IMG/VR virus record: IMGVR_UViG_3300042562_001598
Span: 186,001-250,000 of that record
Direction: 5' to 3' (one strand)
DNA: 64,000 nt
This document shows, piece after piece, positions 9,393-16,125 of the stretch. The notes beneath the pieces are model-generated. The model searched no databases. It was not told the DNA's origin and was given only the letters and a program-made list of their open reading frames with translations. Position 1 is the first letter of the stretch; every line of letters begins with the position of its first letter. A program made the translations under genes and the position numbers.

Positions 9393-9899
9393 GTGAGTAA
9401 GTACCAGAAAACATTAGTTTTAGATTCCAGTTTTACCGCTAGAAGTATCATAACCACGGAGAGAGCTTTTGCTATTCATTATAAGGGAAACGCTGACGTA
9501 ATAAAAGAACACCCAGAAACATTTGGTTTAGTTAATCCAGACTTAAAGATTAAAAAACCATCAGTTATCAAAGTTTATAAATTTGTTAACCAAAACATCC
9601 AAAAAGTACCATTAAATAGAGACAATGTTTATCGTAGAGATAATCATCAGTGTGTTTATTGTGGATGTAATAATAGAAAGACCTTAACTTTAGACCATGT
9701 TTTACCCCAATCTAAGGGAGGAAAAGACACCTGGGACAACTTGGTTACCTGTTGTCTGAGATGTAACCGTGAGAAGTCTGATTTGACCCTGGAGGAGTAT
9801 GGTAAAGAAATACCCCAACCTAAACGACCCCACTTTTTAATGTTAATGAAACAATTGATGTATATTCCGGATGAGTGGAAACCTTATTTATTTTTTTAG
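9393..9899 (+). CDS. HNH endonuclease
   Basis: RDNHQCVYCG...TLDHVLPQSKGG...NLVTCCLRCNREK. Confidence 0.9.
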   Translation: MSKYQKTLVLDSSFTARSIITTERAFAIHYKGNADVIKEHPETFGLVNPDLKIKKPSVIKVYKFVNQNIQKVPLNRDNVYRRDNHQCVYCGCNNRKTLTLDHVLPQSKGGKDTWDNLVTCCLRCNREKSDLTLEEYGKEIPQPKRPHFLMLMKQLMYIPDEWKPYLFF

Positions 9900-9961
9900 T
9901 ATAAAATGTTTGGTGGATTGTAAAAAAGGTGTATCTTTGTAAAAATAAAAAGGTAGAAACT

Positions 9962-10198
9962 ATGGAACCAATAAAACAATTATTTTCAGATTTAAGTGAT
10001 GAAGAATTAATCTTAACAATTAAAGAGATTAAAGAATCGGATGTGACTGGATTATTTCCTGAAAACACAAATGTTAGAGCTTTATGTCAGGAATTGACTA
10101 AAATCACCAAGATGGATGTATCGTCACATTTATTGATGGTTAAAATCAATATTCTTAAAGAAGGGTCTTACAGATGGTTAAAAACAATTGAACAATAA
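9962..10198 (+). CDS. Hypothetical protein
   Basis: Start MEPIK after a TATCTTTG promoter. Confidence 0.6.
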   Translation: MEPIKQLFSDLSDEELILTIKEIKESDVTGLFPENTNVRALCQELTKITKMDVSSHLLMVKINILKEGSYRWLKTIEQ

Positions 10199-10211
10199 AA
10201 ACATAGAAATC

Positions 10212-10538
10212 ATGACATTAGAAAAAGAATTATTGGATTTTACTAACTGGTTGGTTGATAATAAATGGACCTTGGTTGGTAATGGTTTGTGTTTGAATAA
10301 CGACACTAAAAAACTTGTTTCAATTGGGGAATTGGTTCGTCAAAGTAATTCACTTAAAGATTATTACGAACAAGACTTCCAGGTGGGTGAAATTGTTAGA
10401 GAAAAGAACAGTGGTGACGAAGTTGAAATTAAAACCATTGAATATAATAAATTTGATAATGAATACCAATATTGGTATGAAGATGAAGATGGTGAGGAGT
10501 GGTATGGTTTCGCTGACGAGTTTGAGAAAATAAATTAA
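10212..10538 (+). CDS. Hypothetical protein
   Basis: ORF track; start moved to MTLEK. Confidence 0.6.
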   Translation: MTLEKELLDFTNWLVDNKWTLVGNGLCLNNDTKKLVSIGELVRQSNSLKDYYEQDFQVGEIVREKNSGDEVEIKTIEYNKFDNEYQYWYEDEDGEEWYGFADEFEKIN

Positions 10539-10597
10539 AATAAGTTTGGTATTAATAAAAAATTGATTTACATTTGCTAACACAAAACAGATAAACT

Positions 10598-10726
10598 ATG
10601 AAAACAAAGCCATCAATTACCAGTGTAGAGTTTAAGAATTTTTCAACAAGATTATGTAGAATGTATCCTGAGATAGGTTCAACATTTACAACTAAAGAAA
10701 TATACGACGAATATTTCGGTCGTTAA
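10598..10726 (+). CDS. Small hypothetical protein (42 aa)
   Basis: MKTKPSITSVEFKNFSTRLCRMYPEIGSTFTTKEIYDEYFGR after a TACATTTG promoter. Confidence 0.5.
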   Translation: MKTKPSITSVEFKNFSTRLCRMYPEIGSTFTTKEIYDEYFGR

Positions 10727-10735
10727 TTAGAATAA

Positions 10736-10807
10736 AGTCAGGTGGCTCATTGGTAAGAGCGACAGCCGAAATGGATGTGGGTACAGGTTCGATTCCTGTC
10801 CTGACAA
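10736..10807 (+). ncRNA. AGTCAGG-family tRNA-like RNA, copy 1
   Basis: AGTCAGG...ACAGG TTCGATT CCTGT CCTGACA; D-arm present; no 7-nt anticodon loop. Confidence 0.75.
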
Positions 10808-10823
10808 CAAATTTAGAAAATAT

Positions 10824-10930
10824 CCTTCTGTAGTTTAACAAGAGCAAAACACAGAGACGAATACATCTCCCTACGGTAACCATCCCAAGAATGTATTAAG
10901 AGTATGTGGGTTCAACTCCCACTGGAAGGG
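10824..10930 (+). ncRNA. tRNA-like RNA with enlarged core
   Basis: CCTTCTG/TGGAAGG acceptor, D-arm, GTGGG TTCAACT CCCAC T-arm; ~55-nt core. Confidence 0.65.
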
Positions 10931-10979
10931 CAAATCATAGGAGTAATTACCTTATGACTGAGAGATTCGAAGCTCTCGA

Positions 10980-11079
10980 TTGATTATGGTGTAAAGGCGC
11001 ACGGTAGAAGGTAGTAGGTCCGAATTATGCGAGACCGAGGGTGGAAACAGGATTAAGGTTCGAATCCTTATTAGTCAGC
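10980..11079 (+). ncRNA. tRNA-like RNA with enlarged core
   Basis: TTGATTA/TAGTCAG; TAAGG TTCGAAT CCTTA T-arm; no anticodon arm. Confidence 0.6.
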
Positions 11080-11086
11080 AAAATAA

Positions 11087-11204
11087 AGTCAGGTGGCGGA
11101 ATTGGTAGACGCAACATGGTATGGCAATACAGAGGGTGATAGTATAAGTCCTATCAGTGGTAAGTGACCTCTCTTATAACAGGTTCGAATCCTTGTCCTG
11201 ACTA
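11087..11204 (+). ncRNA. AGTCAGG-family tRNA-like RNA, copy 2
   Basis: Leu-type D-arm GGCGGAATTGGTAGACGC; ~65-nt two-hairpin core. Confidence 0.8.
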
Positions 11205-11229
11205 CAAATTTAAAATAAAAATAAAAATT

Positions 11230-11316
11230 ATGAAAAGAAAAGACGTTTACGTTTGTGTTTGTGATGGTAGTTGTACTAGTCCAGAGGATTGTTCACCAAT
11301 TAAGTCAAAACGATAA
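11230..11316 (+). CDS. Cys-rich micropeptide (28 aa)
   Basis: MKRKDVYVCVCDGSCTSPEDCSPIKSKR, A-rich start context. Confidence 0.45.
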   Translation: MKRKDVYVCVCDGSCTSPEDCSPIKSKR

Positions 11317-11323
11317 TAAAAAT

Positions 11324-11448
11324 AGTCAGGTGGCGGAAAACGAGGTATGCCAATAGGGTGTAGCCCGCAAGCAAGACGCTAATTGTAGTAAGTGTACTCA
11401 TACGACATATAATCGGTACACATACAGGTTGGAATCCTGTTCTGACTA
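11324..11448 (+). ncRNA. AGTCAGG-family tRNA-like RNA, copy 3
   Basis: Same ends; insertion in D-loop plus GTGTAC/GTACAC core hairpin. Confidence 0.75.
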
Positions 11449-11569
11449 ATAAATAGTAGAAACAACATCCCCCCAGTTTCTTGGTCTGTGCACGGATAGG
11501 ATTTGTAAGGGGGTTGAGATTGGATGACGTTTATCTTTTGTAATCCAACAATAAACAGAAAAAGATGTT

Positions 11570-11703
11570 AGTCAGGTGGCGAAAGGAGTGGGGTGTCCCT
11601 GCTCGTGGTAGACGCACACCTTTATGGTTAAAGCGGAGTGTGAAGTATAAACACACCATACAGTTAACAGTATGAATTACGGGTTCGAATCCTGTCCTGA
11701 CTA
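11570..11703 (+). ncRNA. AGTCAGG-family tRNA-like RNA, copy 4
   Basis: Same ends; hairpin inserted in D-loop; multi-hairpin core. Confidence 0.8.
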
Positions 11704-11782
11704 CGATTGCTGAGGAACGGTCCAGAGTAGTGGAATTATAGTTAAATTCAATACGTTGACAGCTTGGAAAGACAAGCAAAAC

Positions 11783-11884
11783 AGTCAGGTGGCAGAGTGG
11801 TTTAATGCTAACTAGGGAGAGTCTGAGGGTGGTAACCTAGTACCTATACCCATATGACCGCAGGTTCGAATCCTGTCCTGACTA
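11783..11884 (+). ncRNA. AGTCAGG-family tRNA-like RNA, copy 5
   Basis: Ser-type D-arm GGCAGAGTGGTTTAATGC; ACTAGG/CCTAGT stem with ~19-nt loop. Confidence 0.8.
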
Positions 11885-11893
11885 CAAATACAA

Positions 11894-12015
11894 GGTTCCT
11901 GAGATAAAGGATTAGCTTAGCACTAACTAACTAAATACTTAAACTCCAGCATAACGGTTTGCTACCCCAGTTAGTGATGGTGGTGGAAAGATAGGTTCAA
12001 CTCCTATAGGGACTA
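11894..12015 (+). ncRNA. tRNA-like RNA with long core
   Basis: GGTTCCT/AGGGACT; ATAGG TTCAACT CCTAT; CACTAACT/AGTTAGTG core stem. Confidence 0.6.
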
Positions 12016-12088
12016 CAAAGCTGACAACCTAGTGATTGATGTGTGAAGCTAACACATAAGTTGTTGACTGATGGAAAGACATCAAAAT

Positions 12089-12173
12089 AGTCAGGTGGTG
12101 AAATGGATAGACACTACCCTGTTTGGGGGAGAGGTGAAAGAAACTCGTACAGGTTCGAATCCTGTCCTGACTA
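12089..12173 (+). ncRNA. AGTCAGG-family tRNA-like RNA, copy 6
   Basis: Class-II-like shape but the anticodon arm has no canonical 7-nt loop. Confidence 0.8.
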
Positions 12174-12183
12174 CAAAATAATT

Positions 12184-12253
12184 GGTCTTGTTGGTCGAAG
12201 CGGCCGGTAAGTCTGCAAAACTTACGGAGGGGGTGCAATACCCTCCAAGACCT
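12184..12253 (+). tRNA. tRNA-Cys(GCA)
   Basis: GGTCTTG/CAAGACC, U73; loop CTGCAAA. Confidence 0.8.
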
Positions 12254-12321
12254 CAAAAGTTTAACAATTTGGTAGATACCGGTGATAATCACCGGTAAGT
12301 AAGGAAAATATAAATTAGAAA

Positions 12322-12517
12322 AGTTTAACACCTCGATGGTTGTCTGTAACCAACATATGAAACAGAATAGGCGTGTTGATAGTGGTAAGCCTCGCTAATT
12401 GTAACCGATTAAGTTCAAAGGAAGATAAGGACTAGTACGCCTGTGACGAACACGACGAATTCAGGATTTCCCATAGTAGCCCCGTTACAAACCAGAGTGC
12501 CGCAGAGGTGTTAAATT
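12322..12517 (+). ncRNA. Rod-shaped ~196-nt RNA, 6S-RNA-like architecture
   Basis: 13-bp terminal stem; TGGTT/AACCA and TGTAAC/GTTACA stems; central bubble; ATAGGCGT/ACGCCTGT closing stem. Confidence 0.5.
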
Positions 12518-12538
12518 TTTTTTAATATATTTATCAAT

Positions 12539-12922
12539 ATGAAAAAATTTGTAATTACAGAAGAAGAAAAAGACGATATATTAAACCAACATAACGAAAT
12601 GATGGATAAACCAAAACTTCCGGAAAATAGAAGAATGTTAGATTTGGATATAACTCCAATGAGTTTAAAAAAATTTAAGTCTCAAGGTCTTACACCATAT
12701 TACTATGATGGTGATACTGATATTATTGAAATGAAAGGTCCAATTAAAGGTAAAGTATATAATACAAAACCAAAAGAAGTTTTCTTATTAACATCTGATG
12801 AATATGATAAGATTAAACAATTATCAGATAAAATTAAGGAAATGATTGAACTTAAATTATACACTATTAAACTATATAAGGAATACCTCCCATCTAGTTT
12901 AATTAAAATTGTGGAAAAATAA
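12539..12922 (+). CDS. Leader-family cargo protein
   Basis: MKKFVITEEEKDDILNQH leader; TATTTAT upstream. Confidence 0.7.
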   Translation: MKKFVITEEEKDDILNQHNEMMDKPKLPENRRMLDLDITPMSLKKFKSQGLTPYYYDGDTDIIEMKGPIKGKVYNTKPKEVFLLTSDEYDKIKQLSDKIKEMIELKLYTIKLYKEYLPSSLIKIVEK

Positions 12923-12983
12923 AAAAAATATTCTAAAAAGTTTGTGGATATTAGAAAAAGAGTTATCTTTGTCAAAGAAAATA

Positions 12984-13115
12984 AGTCTTAGCCGAAAAGA
13001 CTGAGCACAAAACTAGAGTTTGTGTAGGAATACATCTAAAGATGGTGGCTAAGTGGGTCTCTTGGATACACCCGACCAAGCGTAAGGCGACAACACGTTA
13101 GGGAAAGCTGTCGTA
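12984..13115 (+). ncRNA. Unknown structured RNA with its own promoter and terminator
   Basis: TATCTTTG at 12964; several hairpins; terminator AACCCCCAA/TTGGGGGTTTT at ~13121-13146. Confidence 0.55.
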
Positions 13116-13220
13116 ATACTAACCCCCAACTATAATTGGGGGTTTTATAAAAAAAATTAAAAATACTTTACACTTTAGTGAATTAGTATATATTTATTAG
13201 AAATAACAATAAAACAACAA

Positions 13221-13295
13221 ATGAAAAATCTAAACATATCACTTACAATAGCGGCAACTGAGGGTAGAGATACAACTTGGATGTTGATGGTATGA
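13221..13295 (+). CDS. Putative leader peptide 2 (24 aa)
   Basis: MKNLNISLTIAATEGRDTTWMLMV followed by terminator 13318-13354, upstream of the second tRNA cluster. Confidence 0.5.
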   Translation: MKNLNISLTIAATEGRDTTWMLMV

Positions 13296-13415
13296 AATAT
13301 ATTTAACTAAAAATATTAAAAAATCCATCTTCAAAAAAAAGGTGGATTTTTTTTTATGTGTTGTTGTTATAATCAAATATTATCCTTATCTTTGTTAAAA
13401 GAAATTATAAAAAAT

Positions 13416-13592
13416 ATGAAAGATACAAAAACTAACCAGGAGGTTACATTAAACGAAGAATTGGTGATGGAGTATTCACCAATATTAGGAACAACATACA
13501 CATTAAAACCAGTTGAGTGGGATGAAGACCACGCGTTTAGTTTAGTTCTAAATGATATCCTTGATGATTTGGATATTGATGAGTTAAAATAG
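13416..13592 (+). CDS. Small hypothetical protein
   Basis: Start moved to MKDTK after TATCTTTG. Confidence 0.5.
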   Translation: MKDTKTNQEVTLNEELVMEYSPILGTTYTLKPVEWDEDHAFSLVLNDILDDLDIDELK

Positions 13593-13601
13593 TAATACAA
13601 T

Positions 13602-13673
13602 GGCCCGGTCGTCTAAAAGTTAGGACCTCACATTTTCATCGTGAAAACCGGGGAGCGTTACCCCGTCGGGCTA
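13602..13673 (+). tRNA. tRNA-Glu(UUC)
   Basis: GGCCCGG/TCGGGCT; loop TTTTCAT; T-loop AGCGTTA. Confidence 0.8.
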
Positions 13674-13696
13674 CGAAAGATATAAAATAAATTCAC

Positions 13697-13776
13697 GCGG
13701 TTGTGAAAGATATAGGTGAATGTCGGGTTCGATTCCCGGCAACCAGGACGGTTCGACTCCGCTGGTGCTGGCCGCA
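13697..13776 (+). ncRNA. Double-T-arm tRNA-like RNA
   Basis: Two tandem TTCGA(T/C)T hairpins closed by GCGGTT/GGCCGC. Confidence 0.55.
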
Positions 13777-13807
13777 ATATACTATTTCATTTTTTATATC
13801 TTTAATT

Positions 13808-13879
13808 GGGGCTATCGTATAAAAGCTATTACAATGGTTTTGCAAATCATAGAACACGGAGCGTTACCGTGTAGCTCCA
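13808..13879 (+). tRNA. tRNA-Ala(UGC)
   Basis: GGGGCTA/TAGCTCC with G3:U70; loop TTTGCAA; T-loop AGCGTTA. Confidence 0.88.
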
Positions 13880-13946
13880 CAAAAAAAACAAAAATAAGTT
13901 TGATTATTAAAATAATATAACTTAAATTTGTAGAGAATAAAAACAA

Positions 13947-14017
13947 AGTCTAGTAGTGAAAAAGAATCATCCAACACTGTCACTGTTGAGTAGCCGGAGC
14001 ATTACCGGTCTAGACTG
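13947..14017 (+). tRNA. tRNA-Asp(GUC)
   Basis: AGTCTAG/CTAGACT, G73; loop CTGTCAC; T-loop AGCATTA. Confidence 0.82.
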
Positions 14018-14034
14018 CAAAATAAATAATACAT

Positions 14035-14105
14035 CGCGGGAAGCTAAGTAGCAGTCGGGTCTCATAAGCCATGATGTGTAGTAGGAGCGTTACCTTCTCC
14101 CGCAA
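14035..14105 (+). tRNA. tRNA-fMet(CAU), divergent
   Basis: C1:A72 mismatch; loop CTCATAA; weak anticodon stem; T-loop AGCGTTA. Confidence 0.65.
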
Positions 14106-14127
14106 CTAATTTAATAAATAATTAACT

Positions 14128-14301
14128 ATGGCTACAGCACCGCAAAAATCAAGAAAACAAAGAGCTTTAAGTGTTCTTGAAACACAATTAAGTAATTCAG
14201 TTAAAACTGAAAAAGGAACAACAGATGTTAAAATTCCTCTAACTGAAGCAGATGTTAAGAGAATTAAAAAAGAAATTGAAATCTTAAAAACAAGAGTTTA
14301 A
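14128..14301 (+). CDS. Small basic protein (57 aa)
   Basis: MATAPQKSRKQRALSVLE...VKRIKKEIEILKTRV; phage-like codon usage. Confidence 0.6.
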   Translation: MATAPQKSRKQRALSVLETQLSNSVKTEKGTTDVKIPLTEADVKRIKKEIEILKTRV

Positions 14302-14310
14302 TTTAGTTCC

Positions 14311-14382
14311 GCGGGTGTCGTATAATGGTCATTACAATTGACTTCCAATCAATAGACGAGATTTCGATTATCTCCATCCGCT
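14311..14382 (+). tRNA. tRNA-Gly(UCC)
   Basis: GCGGGTG/CATCCGC, U73; loop CTTCCAA. Confidence 0.88.
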
Positions 14383-14570
14383 CTTTCTCAGAGAATTACG
14401 ACGAAAACTGGGTTTTAGCCCCTGTTATAACACCACCAAGATACTCTAGCAATTCCGGATTAGTTAGGTTGCGGTGATAAGGAAATAAGTCGGGTATAGC
14501 TAACCAAAAAGACGAAAACCTTGTAGTGGATTATGGTGACGCTCCATAGCAGTAAATCTCTTATTATAAT

Positions 14571-14640
14571 AATTGGGTAGCTCAGTGGATAGAGCAGTCA
14601 ATATATTGATGTGCCGGTGGTTTGATTCCACCCCCAATTA
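14571..14640 (+). ncRNA. tRNA-like RNA with collapsed anticodon loop
   Basis: AATTGGG/CCCAATT; canonical D-arm; GTCAA-TATA-TTGAT arm with a 4-nt loop. Confidence 0.65.
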
Positions 14641-14644
14641 TAAC

Positions 14645-14719
14645 ACCCCCATGGGCAAACTGGTAAAGTCGCTTCACTTAGGATGAAGAGTTCTGTGAGT
14701 TCAACTCTCACTGGGGGTA
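14645..14719 (+). tRNA. tRNA-Leu(UAG) with short variable arm
   Basis: ACCCCCA/TGGGGGT; loop CTTAGGA; TTCAACT. Confidence 0.8.
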
Positions 14720-14723
14720 CAAA

Positions 14724-14793
14724 TTAGAATTAGCTTATAGTAAAGCGGCAGGAGTTTAACTTACTGCATAACGGATTCCAACACCGGTTCTAA
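14724..14793 (+). ncRNA. Degenerate tRNA-like element
   Basis: TTAGAAT/GTTCTAA acceptor and D-arm; irregular anticodon and T arms. Confidence 0.4.
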
Positions 14794-15376
14794 TTTTTTA
14801 TAAAATAAAATAGGTTTATAAGTATAGATTTTATATATTTGTTAAAATAAACATAACCCAGTAGATAGGTCCGCCAAGAAAGTCTTTAAACAACGTGGGA
14901 ACTGCGGCTCTCCCAATGTGGCTGGAATGTTTTAATAAAAGGCTGAACATCGAACCTTTGTAATAGACTATAAAAGGTCTTTAAGACGTAGTATTGTAAT
15001 AAATATTATGCTTTACATAAAGATATCAACAGAGATGTTGAATGCGTTGTTCCCTTGAGAAAGGAAAATAGAGTGGCTACAAGGTTGTTGCAACAACTAG
15101 TAAAGACTAACGCAAATGAGCTCTCAGCAAGCAACCTGTTTGGGTTCATCCAGCAGCTGCGTGACCCTACTCTTATACAAGCTCCGTAACTGATAACTCG
15201 GCAAGCTATAAGAAAGGGTGCTAAATAAAAACTACTTGAGTAAGTGGGGGTGGTCAATCAACAACCCATTGAAGTTTCAGGTGAATATATAGACAGGATT
15301 GGTGAGTCTATATAAGTAAGTAACAAGTTAATGTGTTTTTAGAAAGATTGAATAGTTTTTAACATTGGCGAAAAAT

Positions 15377-15460
15377 AGTCAGGTGACGTAATGTAAACGT
15401 TATGGTGCAAGTCCATTTCAACTCAAGTGAGTAATATAGGTGCGAATCCTGTTCTGACTA
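15377..15460 (+). ncRNA. AGTCAGG-family tRNA-like RNA, copy 7
   Basis: Same acceptor; core contains a second T-loop-like hairpin ATGG-TGCAAGT-CCAT. Confidence 0.75.
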
Positions 15461-15676
15461 CAATGAGTAAGAGATACTCAGAAGTCTTTAATCCAAGACT
15501 TTTTAACAATGGATTGGGTAATGAATTGGACATCCTCAAAGCCAATTCCTTGGGTGAAAGACAGGTAGTAGCGTCTCCAAGTAAACTTGACTTTTTTGTT
15601 TGGGTAAGACCGTCTTCGTTTTTGAAAGGATAAAACGAGTAATATCTACACCGAAATATCTCATCGGTGGTTTTTT

Positions 15677-15748
15677 GGTCTCGTAGCTCAAAGGTGGAGC
15701 AGTTCGCTCATAACGAAAAGGATGGGATATCGTAATTCCCCGAGACCA
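15677..15748 (+). tRNA. tRNA(CAU): elongator Met or Ile2
   Basis: GGTCTCG/CGAGACC; loop CTCATAA; atypical T-loop ATCGTAA. Confidence 0.8.
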
Positions 15749-15872
15749 CAAATTATCCCCCCTTTGTGTTCTATCACATCGGCCAACCTCCAGGGAAACT
15801 TGGGGGTTTTTTTAAAAAATATTATGTGAAACTTAAATATAATTTATTTATATTTGTAAAAAGAAAATAAGT

Positions 15873-16124
15873 ATGGGAGTAAATAGAGAAAAATTGGCAG
15901 ATAACCTATATGAGTTACAATACCAATTAAAGATGTCAAAAGATAAGGAGTTGATATATAAAGATATTTTATCTAATATTGAGGGGTCATTGGTTGAGTT
16001 ATTTCAACGAGAGACGGAGAATGAAAGGTTTAACCTGGGTGATGAGATTAACTTCCGGGAGAGTATGGTTAACCTAAAAAGTTCGTTAGACGAGTATAAA
16101 AGATTATATAAATTAAGATTTTAA
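15873..16124 (+). CDS. Hypothetical protein
   Basis: ORF track; TATATTTG promoter. Confidence 0.65.
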   Translation: MGVNREKLADNLYELQYQLKMSKDKELIYKDILSNIEGSLVELFQRETENERFNLGDEINFRESMVNLKSSLDEYKRLYKLRF

Positions 16125-16125
16125 T

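Noticed and set aside
11707-11780. Hammerhead ribozyme (CTGAGGA ... GAAA)
   Set aside because: The stem II/GAAA/stem III arrangement does not assemble, and the sister motif at 12020 lacks CUGANGA.
11087-11884. tRNAs with introns
   Set aside because: Inserts are too short for group I introns, and I could not find a bulge-helix-bulge or an excision restoring a 5-bp stem with a 7-nt loop; not formally excluded.
10736-12173. CRISPR array reading of the AGTCAGG repeats
   Set aside because: Repeats are paired tRNA halves, spacing is irregular, the 'spacers' are structured and vary in length, and no cas genes are present.
15140-15230. SAM-I-like riboswitch (ATCCAG...CGGCAAGC...GGTGCTAA)
   Set aside because: P3 pairing is broken (GCAAGC vs GGTGC), no P1 partner was found and there is no downstream coding gene.
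8139-15751. ORF-track entries over the RNA island (8139, 10692, 11531, 12029, 13720, 15006, 15427, 15536)
   Set aside because: They overlap tRNA or tRNA-like genes, often antisense, and have no protein-like features.
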